DNA of 64,000 bases from Macrostomum lignano (GCA_002269645.1 NIVC01001978.1:1-64000); one strand, 5' to 3'. Counted from the first letter of the stretch, positions 33,645 through 48,757 are shown. The notes: generated by a model not told the origin, from the sequence alone. Numbers and translations are program-made.

Positions 33645-34490
33645 TTTTTTCTCATGTTCTCTCTATCTCATGCCTTCTCTCTTTCTCATGCTATATCTCT
33701 ATATCATGCCCTCTCTCTTTCTCATGCTCACTTTCTCTTTCTCATGCTATCTCTCTCTTTCTCATGCTCTCTCTCTCTTTCTCATGCTCTCTCTCTCTTT
33801 CTCATGCTCTCTCTCTTTCTCATGCTCTCTCTCTCTTTCTCATGCTCTCTCTCTCTCTTTCTCATGCTCTCTCTCTTTCTCACGCTCTCTCTCTTTCTCA
33901 TGCTCTCTCTCTTTCTCACGCTCTCTCTCTTTCTCACGCTCTCTCTCTTTCTCACGCTCTCTCTCTTTCTCATGCTCTCTCTCTCTCTCTTTCTTATGCT
34001 CTCTCTTTCTCATGCTCTCTCTCTCTCTTTCTCATGCTCTCTCTCTCTCTCTCTTTCTCATGCTCTCTCTCTCTTTCTCACGCTCTCTCTTTTTCTCATG
34101 CTCTCTCTCTCTTTCTCACGCTCTCTCTTTTTCTCATGCTCTCTCTCTCTTTCTCATGCTCTCTCTCTCTTTCTCATGCTCTCTCTCTCTCTTTCTCATG
34201 CTCTCTCTCTCTTTCTCATGCTCTCTCTTTCTTTCTCATGCTCTCTCTTTCTCACGCTCTCTCTCTTTCTCATGCTCTCTCTCTCTCTCTCTCTTTCTTA
34301 TGCTCTCTCTTTCTCATGCTCTCTCTCTCTCTCTTTCTCATGCTCTCTCTCTCTCTCTCTCTTTCTCATGCTCTCTCTCTCTTTCTCACGCTCTCTCTTT
34401 TTCTCATGCTCTCTCTCTCTTTCTTATGCTCTCTCTCTCTTTCTCATGCTCTCTCTCTCATGCTTTTTATTTCTCATTCTCTCTCTTTCT
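33645..34490. repeat. CT-rich repeat (TTCTCATGCTCTCTCTCTC-like units of variable length)
   Basis: (CT)n punctuated by TTCTCATG/TTCTCACG. Confidence 0.95.
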
Positions 34491-35827
34491 TTTGATCCCA
34501 CAGTCCTATGAGTATTCCTTCTGCCTTCGTCGCGGTAAGAAAAATTACAAAAGCCTATTTGTCTTACATACTACTTAAGCGGTAGAGTAGTATCATCTGG
34601 ACATCTAACTAATAATTATTTATTCTGATTAGATATTATTCGATAGACGGGGAAGCGGGTGTAAATAATTAAATCTAACTTAAAGGCTCTTTTTCTTATT
34701 GACTAATTTTGAGTTCTTTTCATTCATAGCCCCCCTCCTTCTCTGCTCCAGGTAGAATTCAAGAAAATTGCAAAAAAACTCTTTGTGAACATTCATCTTG
34801 GCTACTGGGACCGGCTCGATGACGCAGTCAACACCCTTTCTAAATAGATAATGACTTTGGCCTGCCTTTGGCTTTATCAGCTCAGGAAATTAAGCGCAAA
34901 AAGGGGTTTTCAATATCCTATTCGATGAAGATTATCGCGGAACTTTGCTAACGAAGGTCTGACAGTGTAGGAGACTTATTAAAGGGTGTCAGCTGTCGAG
35001 AGGTCTTGCAGAATTCGAAGCAGGCTACACAACACATCGAGACTTATTTCTGAGACCGCGTGACTGTCTTTCTGCTTCAGAGCAAAGAATTGGCTTCACA
35101 AAGACGCAGAGAGTGTCAGATTTCTGAGCCGCCACAATGTTGCAAAACCTGCAACATTGTGATGGTCGAGGCACCTTGTGCCGGGTAGAGGACTAGCGTC
35201 CGTAAAAACACACATCTAGTGCTTAAAGCTATTAGGTAAATTGTAGCTTGTAAAAAGGTAAAGTGGCGGGTGTGGAAAATTGTGTGTTGTGTGTATGAGT
35301 GCGGGTCCGTGCACAGAATTGACTCGCTTGCATCTGCTCAGGAATCAGCACTATATAGGCAGAAAAGCAGTGAAAACAGTACCACCAGTCTTGCATCTAC
35401 CATCTACCAATCGGGTGCTCCATTGTTCCTAAATACGCCATTCTCCTCCCTTCACCAGCTCGTGACAACCTTGATTTCCCTTGCAAAGCAATCAAATTTT
35501 TGCTGTACAGAAGAGACACTGGAAGCTGCGAGGAACTGGAAGTGCTGAGCAGAGTTTCCGGTATGCTCTTTTTTGCTTAGCTGAGTTCATCCGGCTTCAA
35601 GTCGTATTGTTTGACTGTCTCCTTGTTGCCTCGCTGCAGAAAGAGTTTTCCCCATTGTCATTTCCATGCAATGCTTTCACTGTTGACTCTCAGAGATAAA
35701 GTACATCGAGAAAGTAATGATTTTGGCAGACGAATTTGGCAGAATAACTTCTTGCTCTCAAGGCGTATTAATTAATTAAATCACCTGTCTGTCTGACCTC
35801 CTGAATGAGATTGGGACTACCTGAATG

Positions 35828-36315
35828 TTGGGATTTACCTAAATGTCTGACATTGTCATGAATTGGGATTTACCTAAATGTCTGACATTGTCATGAACTG
35901 AGATTTACATAAATGTCTGACAATGTCATGAATTGAGATTTACCATAAATGTCTGACATTGTCATGAACTGAGATTTACATAAATGTCTGACAATGTCAT
36001 GAATTGAGATTTACCTAAATGTCTGACATTGTCATGAATTGAGATTTACCTAAATGTCTGACATTGTCATGAATTGAGATTTACCATAAATGTCTGACAT
36101 TGTCATGAATTGAGATTTACCATAAATGTCTGACATTGTCATGAATTGAGATTTACCATAAATGTCTGACATTGTCATGAATTGAGATTTACCATAAATG
36201 TCTGACATAGTCATGAATTGAGATTTACCATAAATGTCTGACATTGTCATGAACTGAGATTTACATAAATGTCTGACATTGTCGTGAACTCTAGGATTTA
36301 CATAACCGTCTGACA
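35828..36315. repeat. 35/36-bp minisatellite (AAATGTCTGACATTGTCATGAATTGAGATTTACCAT), ~13 copies
   Basis: Tandem units with an internal TGACA-T-TGTCA hairpin. Confidence 0.95.
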
Positions 36316-36347
36316 TCCTCTGAATCCTCTCTCTCAGCGCCTCTCAC

Positions 36348-36598
36348 CCAGAACGCGATTTTCCAGGAAAGCTGGTGGAACAGTCCGACTTGGAGATTCT
36401 CAACAGATGCCGCCTCTTTCTCCATTCCGTCATGTCGGACAAGCTGTGCAAGCTGCCGGGAAGTTTGCCGGACACGCCCTCGAGAACAATGGTCGGACCG
36501 GACAGAGGTTTCAGCCGGATCGAGCCGCTTCCAGTGCTCCACAGGTGCTGCTCGCCGCCGCCAGTCGATGAGGCCGAGTCCTCAGCGGAGTTTTCCAT
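36348..36598 (-). CDS. Candidate alternative N-terminal exon of PDE4 (MENSAEDSASS...FPGKSRS[G])
   Basis: ATG at 36598, 83 codons, phase-2 donor GG|GTGAGA at 36347; GC-rich unique island. Confidence 0.55.
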
Positions 36599-37130
36599 AA
36601 TTATCTTATTCAATTATTCAACAATATTTAGTTTTACACCTCTATTTTATTTTAGCTAAGGGCTTGAGTTCTCTGGATTTATAGAGTCCGGCAGATACGA
36701 GTTTGAGGACGCTCTCTGATTGGACGAACAAATGTAGGAACGATTTTAAAACAGATGGATACACAGCAAGCGGCCTCTTCTGGGGCATGCTCGCGTCTGT
36801 TCCTCGCTTGTCATTAGCGTTTCAGCTGCTCAAGGACCCTCCACACTACCCCCTAATCTCTTCTCGAAGGCTGCTCCAGTTCTATATTAGCTGCTATTCC
36901 TTTGAAGAGAGTTTTATTTGATGAAAATCAGATTTTGTCTTAAATATCTGCTGTCTAACTGGCAGTGATGTAGAGCTGGTTGCGATAATGCTCTGCAGCT
37001 ACAATCCGATTTGGCAGATTTGGACTGATTGAGCAAATCCCTGAAGCTCTTCGATGCCAAATTATCCGTGATTGAAGTGGAGATTCTGTGCTTCTCTTGC
37101 ACTTGTGCGAATTTGGGTCTATTGAAGATT

Positions 37131-37487
37131 GTTTCTGTGAGTTGTCGTGTCTGATTAGGGTTGTGTTTCTGTGAGTTGTCGTGTCTGATTAGGGTTGTGT
37201 TTCTGTGAGTTGTCGTGTCTGATTAGGGTTGTGTTTCTGTGAGTTGTCGTGTCTGATTAGGGTTGTGTTTCTGTGAGTTGTCGTGTCTGATTAGGGTTGT
37301 GTTTCTGTGAGTTGTCGTGTCTGATTAGGGTTGTGTTTCTGTGAGTTGTCGTGTCTGATTAGGGTTGTGTTTCTGTGAGTTGTCGTGTCTGATTAGGGTT
37401 GTGTTTCTGTGAGTTGTCGTGTCTGATGAGGGTTGTGTTTCTGCGAGTTGTCGTGTCTGATTAGGGTTGTGTTTCTGCGAGTTGTCG
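37131..37487. repeat. 34-bp minisatellite containing one TTAGGG per unit, ~10.5 copies
   Basis: Unit GTTGTCGTGTCTGATTAGGGTTGTGTTTCTGTGA. Confidence 0.97.
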
Positions 37488-38204
37488 CGTGTTCAAAGGT
37501 TTATATATTTAAGTTACAGCGCCACATGGAGATAGGAGGTCGTTTCTGGATGTGTATGCAGCTTTTCCCCTACACTGTTTAGGGGACAAATTATTGCAGA
37601 GGATTCGATCAAAAAATGAAACACTTTCATTCTGTTAGCCAGGATTTTCAAACAAAATAGGTTTCGATTCAGAGCCAAATTTGCAGCAATCAAAATGATA
37701 AAAATTAAAATAATGATTATTAATCCCGCAGTGATTCTGGCGCACCTGGGATTTAAGAAGCAGGTGCAAGAGGCGTTACCTAAATCATCCTCCTCGCTTC
37801 CCTACTGAGGCAGGAAGTCAAACACAAAGAAATACGGAAGCCAGCTGCTAAAAACCAGGTAGAGGAGGCAAGCAATTTTAAGTGGCGGGGAAGGTTTGGG
37901 GCCGATTTCCTGGGAAAATTGGGGAAGCCACCTTGGCAAGCTCCCTTCTTCTGCCCCCTGCATCCCTCTTTGAGTTTTGCATTCACCAGTGTTCCTCATG
38001 CTCAGCCAAGCGGGTCTCTTGTGCAGCAGCCTCAAAGCAGCAATTATTTTTGCATCCAAATCTTTCTCGCTTCGGATGAATTATTTTTACCAAAATATCC
38101 TCACTGAGGAGGAAGAAAGCCGGGCTTTAACGGTAGAAAAATATTTATAGTTTTTCAAAAGGTGGGAAAAGTACTTGAATTTACCTCGAATGGGTAGCCT
38201 GTGA

Positions 38205-39255
38205 GAAAAGAGAGAGATAAGAGAGAGGAGAGGGAGTGAGGGAGTGAGAGCGGGAAAGGGAGAGAGATGCGAAGAAGAGAGTGAGAGACGAGAGGTAGAG
38301 AGGGGAGAGGAAAAGGAGAGGGGGAGGGAGGGAAAAGTGTTCAAGCCCCCCCCCCAAAGCACTGAAATATTAACAAATATGTTTAAGCGCTGTAAGTGCC
38401 GATATTTCGAATATTTTATATTCTTTCCCAAGGCTAACATGAAGAGGGAGAATACATGCAAGAATTTGGAGAGCAAAGGGAGAGAGTAGAGGAGAGAGAG
38501 GGAGAGAGAAGAGGTGGAGTGAGCGGAGAAGAAAGATAAAGAAAGAAGAGAGAGAGGAGAGGAGAGAGAGATAAAAGAGGTTTAGGAAGAGGAGAGAGGT
38601 AGATAGAAGAGAGGAAAGGAGAAGAGAGAGAAAGGGATAGAAGAGAGAGAGGAGAGGAGAGAGGAGAGGAGAGAGGTAGATAGAAGAGGGAGAGAGGAGA
38701 GGAGAGAGGTAAATAGAAGAGAGAGAGGAGAGAGAGGAGAGGAAGAGAAGAGAGAGGAAGATAGAAGAAGGAGCGAGTAGAGGAGAGAGAGGGAGAGAGG
38801 AGAGGTGGAGAGAAGAGGAAAGAGGTAGATAGAAGAGAGGAGAGGAGAGGAGAGGGAGATAGAAGAGGGAGAGAGGAGAGGAGAGTGGTAGATAGAAGAG
38901 AGAGAGGAGAGAGAGGAGAGGAAGAGAAGAGAGAGGAAGATAGAAGAAGGAGCGAGTAGAGGAGAGAGAGAGGGAGAGAAGAGGTGGAGAGGAGAGGAGA
39001 GAGGAGAGGGAAATAGAAGAGGGAGAGAGGAGAGGAGAGAGAGGGAGATAGAAGAGAGAGAGGAAAGGAGAGAGAGGGAGATAGAAGAGAGAGAGGAGAG
39101 GAGAGGGGTACATGTAGATGGAAGAGAAAGAGGAGAGAAGAGAAGAGAGAGGGAGATAGAAGAAGGAGCGAGTAGAGGAGAGAGAGGGAGAGAGAAGAGG
39201 TGGAGAGAAGAGGAAAGAGGTAGATAGAAGAGAGGAGAGGAGAGGAGAGGGAGAT

Positions 39256-39343
<88 letters not shown>

Positions 39344-39900
39344 GAGAGAGAGAGAGGAGAGGAGAGTGGTAGATAGAAGAGGGAGAGAGAGAGTGGTAGA
39401 TAGAAGAGAGAGAGAGAGGAGAGAAAGGAGAGGAAGAGAAGAGAGAGGGAGATAGAAGAAGGAGCGAGTAGAGAGAGAGAGAGAGAGAGAGAGAAGAGGA
39501 GAGAGGAGAGGAGAGAGGAGAGAGGAGAGAGAGAGAGAAGAGAGAGGAGAGAGAGAGAGAGAGAGATAGAAGAGGAGAGAGGAAGAGAGAGAGGAAGAGG
39601 AGAGAGAGGAGAGAGATAGAAGAGAGAGAGGAGAGGAGAGTGGTACATGTAGATGGAAGAGAAAGAGGAGAGAAGAGAAGAGAGAGGGAGATAGAAGAAG
39701 GAGCGAGTAGAGGAGAGAGAGGAAAGGGGGATAGAAGAGGGAGAGAGGAGAGGAGGGGGAGATAGAAGAGGGAGAGAGGAGAGGAGAGGGAGATAGAAGA
39801 GGGAGAGAGGAGAGGAGAGGGAGATAGAAGAGGGAGAGAGGAGATGAGAGAGGTAGATAGAAGAGAAAGAGGAGAGAGAGAGAGAGGAGAGGGAGAGCGA
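38205..39900. repeat. 1.7-kb polypurine (GA-rich) tract with recurring blocks
   Basis: Almost only G/A on the plus strand; block GATAGAAGAAGGAGCGAGTAGAGG recurs about five times. Confidence 0.95.
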
Positions 39901-40589
39901 GAGTGATGAGCTAATATCGGGGAAGAGGTTTCTAAAAAGCAGCAGAGATTCGCTGTGTACTCAAATTCTACAGCAGGAGAAAAGCTTTTTGAGCATTAAA
40001 TTTCATGCGCAGACACCACCCAGATTGATACGATGCTACCCAGATGCAAAAAACACATCAAAATTATTCAAATGTATAAGAGTCAGGCAGAGAGAAATGG
40101 ATATTTGGAGCACAACAAATCTGAATCTCTGAGCCCGGCCACGCCATCAGGCTCGCACGGGGGCCTATCAGATTCTCTAATCTGCCAGCGGCAATTGTCA
40201 GCAGCGGATTAAGGGGTAAGTTGTGCGCACATCGAGGCGTGCTGTGGCAGCGACAGTAGACTGAGAAGAAAATGGGGCTTTGTAGTCGAGTGTGACTGTC
40301 TGTAAGATGGCAGGGGTTGGAATGCAGAATTTAGAATTCAGAAAGCAGAGGTCCCTGTAGCGGACTGGAGCTGCATTCACCATCCCTCCCAAACAGGGAG
40401 GCTCTTAAAATTTTTCGCTAATGGCTCGGCGTGATCATGAATTAGTCAGGCAGCGAAATGTGGCCCGCGTGTTGGTTGGGGTCTGTCCTGTTCCAGAATC
40501 CACCCTTGCCTGCCTCGCGTGTCCTGGGAGCATGAGCTGGGTGGGGAAATGCATGCATTTTTTACTCCAGGGCCGCACTCTGCCTGATA

Positions 40590-41282
40590 TCTCCTGACAA
40601 TGTCTCCTGTCACTGTCTCTTGTCACTGTCTCCTGTCACTGTCTCCTGACACTGTCTCCTGTCACTGTCTCCTGTCACTGTCTCCTGTCACTGTCTCCTG
40701 TCACTGTCTCCTGTCACTGTCTCCTGTCACTGTCTCCTGTCACTGTCTCCTGTCACTGTCTCCTGTCACTGTCTCCTGTCACTGTCTCTTGTCACTGTCT
40801 CCTGTCACTGTCTCCTGTCACTGTCTCCTGTCACTGTCTCCTGTCACTGTCTCCTGTCACTGTCTCCTGTCACTGTCTCCTGTCACTGTCTCCTGTCACT
40901 GTCTCCTGTCACTGTCTCCTGTCACTGTCTCCTGTCACTGTCTCCTGTCACTGTCTCTTGTCACTGTCTCCTGTCACTGTCTCCTGTCACTGTCTCCTGT
41001 CACTGTCTCCTGTCACTGTCTCCTGTCACTGTCTCCTGTCACTGTCTCCTGTCACTGTCTCCTGTCACTGTCTCCTGTCACTGTCTCCTGTCACTGTCTC
41101 CTGTCACTGTCTCTTGTCACTGTCTCCTGTCACTGTCTCCTGTCACTGTCTCTTGTCACTGTCTCCTGTCACTGTCTCCTGTCAATGTCTCCTGTCACTG
41201 TCTCCTGTCACTGTCTCCTGTCACTGTCTCCTGTCACTGTCTCTTGTCACTGTCTCCTGTCACTGTCTCTTGTCACTGTCTC
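40590..41282. repeat. 13-bp minisatellite (TGTCACTGTCTCC), ~52 copies
   Basis: Near-perfect tandem. Confidence 0.97.
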
Positions 41283-41647
41283 CCCACTTGAATTTTTATC
41301 CGACACTCGTGTGCGACAACCAATATGCTACTACTACAACAAAAATGTGCTACTGCACATAAGCTAGATAGTAGACTGATTCGTTTGTTTTTCAGTTTTT
41401 TTTTCAAAAAAAGTGTCAACACTAAAGTTGCCAGGCAGAGAAATTGAAAATACTCGTAGCTGAGAGCAACGCCTTCTGCAACATTCGTCCCAAAACCAGC
41501 TCTGAGGCCCTGAATTTCGCTTTAAACTGCTAAGCGCCAGCAGTATTGCTTAAAAATACTTAATAGTACATTTAATAAAACCTACTATTAGTAGTTTCAA
41601 GTTTACCGCGACATCAATAATACAGTATACAACGACTTTTTGCTCAC

Positions 41648-41814
41648 TTCCTTGACGACGTGATCTGAATTCTTGGCGCGCTAATCACCATGGTTCGAAT
41701 TGGCGAGACGCTGCTGCCGCCGCCGCTAGCGCCACCGTTGCTGCCTGCTCGGCGGTAGGCTCCGTGATCTGAGTGGCGCCTCTCCTGAGATCCCGGCGGG
41801 GCCAAAAAGTCCTG
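41648..41814 (-). CDS. Candidate PDE4 5' exon (QDFLAPPGSQERRHSDHGAYRRAGSNGGASGGGSSVSPIRTMVISAPRIQITSSR[N]), missed by the ORF track
   Basis: Open frame over at least 57 codons ending at phase-2 donor AA|GTGAGC (41647); possible phase-0 acceptor CAG| at 41815/41812 or internal ATG at 41691; contains RRHS. Confidence 0.5.
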
Positions 41815-41860
41815 CTGATTGACGATGGGTTTCCAAAAGAATTTTGATTATTTTAGTCTT

Positions 41861-42560
41861 TGGAAAGTGAGGTGCGTGTTTGGAAAGTGAGGTGCGTGTT
41901 TCGAAAGTGAGGTGCGTGTTTCGAAAGTGAGGTGCGCGTTTCGAAAGTGAGGTGCGTGTTTGGAAAGTGAGGTGCGTGTTTGGAAAGTGAGGTGCGTGTT
42001 TGGAAAGTGAGGTGCGTGTTTGGAAAGTGAGGTGTGTGTTTGGAAAGTGAGGTGCGTGTTTGGAAAGTGAGGTGCGTGTTTGGAAAGTGAGGTGCGTGTT
42101 TGGAAAGTGAGGTGCGTGTTTGGAAAGTGAGGTGCGTGTTTGGAAAGTGAGGTGCGTGTTTGGAAAGTGAGGTGTGTGTTTGGAAAGTGAGGTGTGTGTT
42201 TGGAAAGTGAGGTGCGTGTTTGGAAAGGGAGTTGCGTGTTTGGAAAGTGAGACGGGTGTTTGGGGAGTGAGGTGGGTGTTTGGGGAGTGAAATTGGTATT
42301 TGGGGAGTGAGGTGTGTGTTTGGAAAGTGAGGCGGGTGTTTGGAAAGTGAAGTGGGTGTTTTGGGAGTGAGATGAGTGTTTAGGGAGTGAAATGGGTGTT
42401 TGGGGCGTGAGATGGGTGTTTCGGGAGTGAGGTTGGTGTTTGGGGAGTGGGGTGGGTGTTTGGGAGTGAGGTGGGTGTTGGGGGAGTGAGGTTGGTGCTT
42501 AGGGAGTGAGGTGTGTGTTTGGGGAGTGAGGTGGGTGTTTGGGGAGTGAGGCTGATGATT
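41861..42560. repeat. 20-bp minisatellite (TTTGGAAAGTGAGGTGCGTG), homogeneous left, degenerate right
   Basis: ~35 units. Confidence 0.95.
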
Positions 42561-43117
42561 TGGGAGTAAGGCTACTAGTGCAATTGAAGCTGTCAGTCAC
42601 AGCTGTATGTAACGGTAATTTGGAAAAGTTAATCTGTTTTTATTGTCAGAAGATTAGCCCAACACTCAGCAGCCTTGACGTCTGAGACAGGTTGCCAAGT
42701 GTCACAAAAAATGTTGCGGAAATTTAATTTCAGCTTCTGTTGTCCTGCGACAAAGTGCTGAGTCTCCTGCCCGTTTGTTTCCCTGTGAGTGCCTTCGTGA
42801 TTCCCTCTCATCCCGCTTTGGGTTGTCGGATTTCCGTCTCTCACATCCTATTTCCCGCTGATTGCCTGGTTCTTGGGGTGGGGCATTCGAAATCCGGCTT
42901 TGTTTTAAGCTCTGCGCATTCGTTCTGGCTTCCTGAACCTCTTCAGTTGAAGGATTTCTAGATAACAAATCCCTGCTTTTAGGCACTGCTATGCGCATAA
43001 TTGAGACTTGCAGAGGATCAAATGCCCTTTGAATTTTGCTATGACTGAAAACAATTAGTTAGCATTGGCGGGTTCTCTCGGCCCAGCGGGTACTTCAAAA
43101 TGAGTACAAAATCTATC

Positions 43118-43519
<402 letters not shown>

Positions 43520-43924
43520 GTTAACTATCTATCTGAAAATATTAAATGCTTATTTGCACACAAATAGATGCTCAGCATTTAGCCACTCTGCCACTTTGTT
43601 TGTTTCATATACTCTCTGGCTTTTGGGCGAGTTTCAAAGAGATCAGATTTTGATGCGTGCGAACAAAAGTGCATTTGTTGCTGCAAAATCAGTCGGGCTG
43701 CTATTTTCTCTCTGAAAAGGTAAATAATTCAGATTGCAGCGGCTTTATGTTCCCGTCTCTCCGTCTCACCCATCTCAGACTCTTCAAACCCGACTCCACA
43801 ACTCTTATGAGATAAGACAAATGATCGGCGGCGCCGACTTTCGGTTCTCGGGGCAGCGGCGGCGGCGGCGGCGGCGGCGGGAGTCTCCTTCTTGCACTTA
43901 TCTCATCTGTTACCTTGTTTCTGC

Positions 43925-44655
43925 GCCCTTACCCCCTCTCTCCCCTACCCCACCTTTTCTCTCCCCTACCCCACCTTTTCTCTCCCCTACCCCACCTCCT
44001 CTCTCCCCTACCCCCCTCTCTCCTCTACCCCACCTTTTCTCTCCCCTACCCCCCTCTCTCCCTACCCACCTTTTCTCTCCCCTACCCCCCTTTTCTCTTC
44101 CCTACCCCACCTTTTCTCTCCCCTACCCCACCTTTTCTCTCCCCTACCCCACCTCCTCTCTCCCCTACCCACCTTTTCTCTCTCCTACCCCACCTTTTCT
44201 CTCTCCTACCCCACCTCCTCTCTCCCTACCCCACCTTTTCTCTCCCTACCCCACCTTTTCTCTCCCCTACCCCACCTCCTCTCTCCCCTACCCCACCTTT
44301 TCTCTCCCCTACCCCACCTTTCTTTCCCCTACCCCACCTTTTCTCTCCCCTACCCCACCTCCTCTCTCCCTACCCCACCTTTTCTCTCCCCTACCCCACC
44401 TCCTCTCTCCCCTACCCCACCTTTTCTCTCCCCTACCCCACCTCCTCTCTCCCCTACCCCACCTTTTCTCTCCCCTACCCCACCTTTTCTCTCCCCTACC
44501 CCACCTTTTCTCTCCCCTACCCCACCTCCTCCCCTACCCCACCTCTCTCCCTTCTCCTATCCTACGCCCTCTCTACCCTACCCCATCTCTCCCCTACCCC
44601 CTACTTTCCCTCTTTCCTATATCCACCACCTCTCCCCCTACCCCACCTCTCTCTT
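43925..44655. repeat. ~24-bp polypyrimidine minisatellite (CTCTCCCCTACCCCACCTTTTCT)
   Basis: Tandem units, C/T-rich plus strand. Confidence 0.95.
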
Positions 44656-45391
44656 CTAAACAGCTGAACTGACTGATGGGAAATCCAAGAACAGCATAAT
44701 TAGTCAGAATGCTGTTTAGTGAAGCGCCAGGATCGAATTAAAAAGACAGACAGAAGTGGAAGGCAGACTTCTGGATCCTTGCGCTCAACTGGGAGTCCGA
44801 AATTCGGGATAGTGTTTTGAACACAAAAGGGAGGGAGAATTAAGTCGAAGCTCAAGAGACTCTCAAAGAATTAGTGGAACTAAAAAGCGAGAGCCACTTT
44901 GCATTTTTCTGATGCCGATCTCCATTGCTCCCGCGCTGTCCCGTGCTACATTTTGATCCCATTATTAGCCCTCGATTTTGAAGCGGAAAATCTAATTCCT
45001 CACTAATCCTGAGATAACCTCTTCAATGTGAATTTTAAATTTAAGTTTGTTTATCTGCTCAAAAAGCGAGGCATACATTACTAAGATGCACTTCTTAAGC
45101 ATTAGTTGCAGAACTTTTTTTCGACATGAAAAACGTTTCTAGGCGCCTTAGTGACTGTGGCGTGCTGCTCAATCTTGACTTGATAAAGACTGGCATAAAA
45201 ACACTTCATGCAGCCGGTGACCGCGATTCTACCGCGCTTGGAATAGATAAGACTGCAAGAGCTGGGCCACACTGCAGCCACCTGCTCTCAACTGGAAGCT
45301 ATTTTTCTTTATTTATGCCGTTCTGCCAACGTCTCAGGCTGAAGGAATTGAGTTCAGGCTTGAGTTAACAACTGAGTCAGCCTGTCCGAAA

Positions 45392-46470
<1,079 letters not shown>

Positions 46471-47121
46471 CAGACGGCAATATATACTGCAATGGAAATG
46501 CAGCTAACTTTATCGCTAAGCCTCTAGCATCAGCCCGCACAGTTTCGGTAAACTTCAAAGGATTCTCAGAGTCCGATGAGCTAAATGAGGTCATCCAGAT
46601 AACGCTTTGTTTATTCCGGTGTTAGCTTTCAGAGTTAAACAAATGAGGATTCCAGAAGCTGCAGTTTCAGCTCTCCATAGCCCAAGTGCTCCATGATTTC
46701 CTGAGTTTAAAGCCGGATCAGTTGAACTTCTCTCGCATGAGCTCTGAGTCTGTCAGCTCTGCGGACAAGCGGAAGCGGGCGGCCTACCTTCTGCTGTTTG
46801 ACCCGACACGCTTATGATATCTCCAACGAAATTATTAGACCAAAGATATTGCTGCGAGTGAAAAATAGCTTTTCTTAGGGCTAGTTTAGGGACACTTTTA
46901 TAGGGTCTGCTAAGTCTGTGACATGGCAAAATTTACGATATCTGGAGTTCAGTTCGTGTTGGTTTTCTACTCAAGCCGTATCTATTCGTAGGTGCTGAAG
47001 TTTTTGCACCGCAAAGTTGGTGAAGCGTTTCGCAGTCTTCGTAGAGCAACTTAATTAGCGCCTCGGTATGACGGGGTGGCTGAGCTGGTCACAGGTGGCA
47101 ATGAGATGAAGTCAACACCTG

Positions 47122-47345
47122 CCGATCTGTCACTCTATTCCCGCATTGTCACACCGATCTGGCACTCTCTCTACTCTTATTGTCACACCGATCTGTCACT
47201 TTTCCCCCATTGTCACACCGATCTGTTGCACTTTCTCACTGCATTGTCACACCGATCTGTCGCTCTCTCACCGCATTGTCACACCGATCTGTCACTTTCT
47301 CCCCGCATTTTCACACCGATCTGTCGTGTGAAAATTTTCACACAG
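47122..47345. repeat. ~32-bp minisatellite (TGTCACACCGATCTGTCACTTT...GCAT), ~7 diverged copies
   Basis: Conserved TGTCACACCGATCTG core. Confidence 0.9.
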
Positions 47346-48757
47346 ATAAACAGAACAGATAAACAGAACAGAAAAACAGAACAGAAACAGATAAACAGAA
47401 CAGAAACAGAACAGAAACAGAACAGAAACAGAACAGAAACAGAACAGATAAACAGAACAGAAACAGAACAGAAACAGAACAGAAACAGAACAGAAACAGA
47501 ACGGAAACAGAAACAGAACAGAAACAGAATAGAAACAGAACAGAAACAGAACGGAAACAGAACGGAAACAGCGCAGAAACAGAACAGAAACAGAACAGAT
47601 AAACAGAACAGAAACAGAACAGAAACAGAACAGAAACAGAACAGAAACAGAACAGATAAACAGAACAGAAACAGAACAGAAACAGAACAGAAACAGAACA
47701 GAAACAGAACAGAAACAGAACGGAAACAGAAACAGAACAGAAACAGAATAGAAACAGAACAGAAACAGAACGGAAACAGAACGGAAACAGCGCAGAAACA
47801 GAACAGAAACAGAACAGATAAACAGAACAGAAACAGAACAGAAACAGAACAGAAACAGAACAGAAACAAAACAGAAACAGAACAGAAACAGAACAGAAAC
47901 AGAACAGAAACAGAACAGAAACAGAACAGAAACAGAACAGAAACAGAACAGATAAACAAAACAGAAACAGAACAGAAACAGAACAAGAACAGAACGGAAA
48001 CAAAAACAGAACAGGAACAGAAACAGAACAGAAACAGAACAGAAACAGAACGGAAACAGAACGGAAACAGCGCAGAAACAGAACAGAAACAGAACAGAAA
48101 CAGAACTGAAACAGAACAGAAACAGAACAGAAACAGAAACAGAAACAGAACAGAAACAGAAACAGAACAGAAACAGAACAGATAAACAGAACAGAAACAG
48201 AACAGAAACAGAACAGAAACAGAACAGATAAACAGAACAGAAACAGAACAGAAACAGAACAGGAACAGAACGGAAACAGAAACAGAACAGGAACAGAAAC
48301 AGAACAGAAACAGAACAGAAACAGAACGGAAACAGAACGGAAACAGCGCAGAAACAGAACAGAAACAGAACAGAAACAGAACTGAAACAGAACAGAAACA
48401 GAACAGAAACAGAAACAGAAACAGAACAGGAACAGAAACAGAACAGAAACAGAACAGAAACAGAACGGAAACAGAACGGAAACAGCGCAGAAACAGAACA
48501 GAAACAGAACAGAAACAGAACTGAAACAGAACAGAAACAGAACAGAAACAGAAACAGAACAGAAACAGAAACAGAACAGAAACAGAAACAGAACAGAAAC
48601 AGAACAGAAACAGAAACAGAACAGAAACAGAAACAGAAACAGAACAGAAACAGAAACAGAACAGAAACAGAAACAGAACAGAAACAGAACAGAAACAGAA
48701 ACAGAACAGAAACAGAAACAGAACAGAAACAGAACAGAAACAGAAACAGAACAGAAG
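47345..48757. repeat. (AGAAC/AGAAAC)n satellite, ~11-bp period with higher-order blocks
   Basis: Direct tandem; block ACGGAAACAGAACGGAAACAGCGCAG recurs five times. Confidence 0.97.

Noticed and set aside
43765-43900. Minus-strand frame CKKETPAAAAAAAAAPRTESRRRRSFVL...SEM ending G|GTGAGA
   Set aside because: The donor is phase 1, there is an in-frame stop just upstream with no ATG, and only a weak acceptor; cannot be placed in the model, though RNA-seq could revive it
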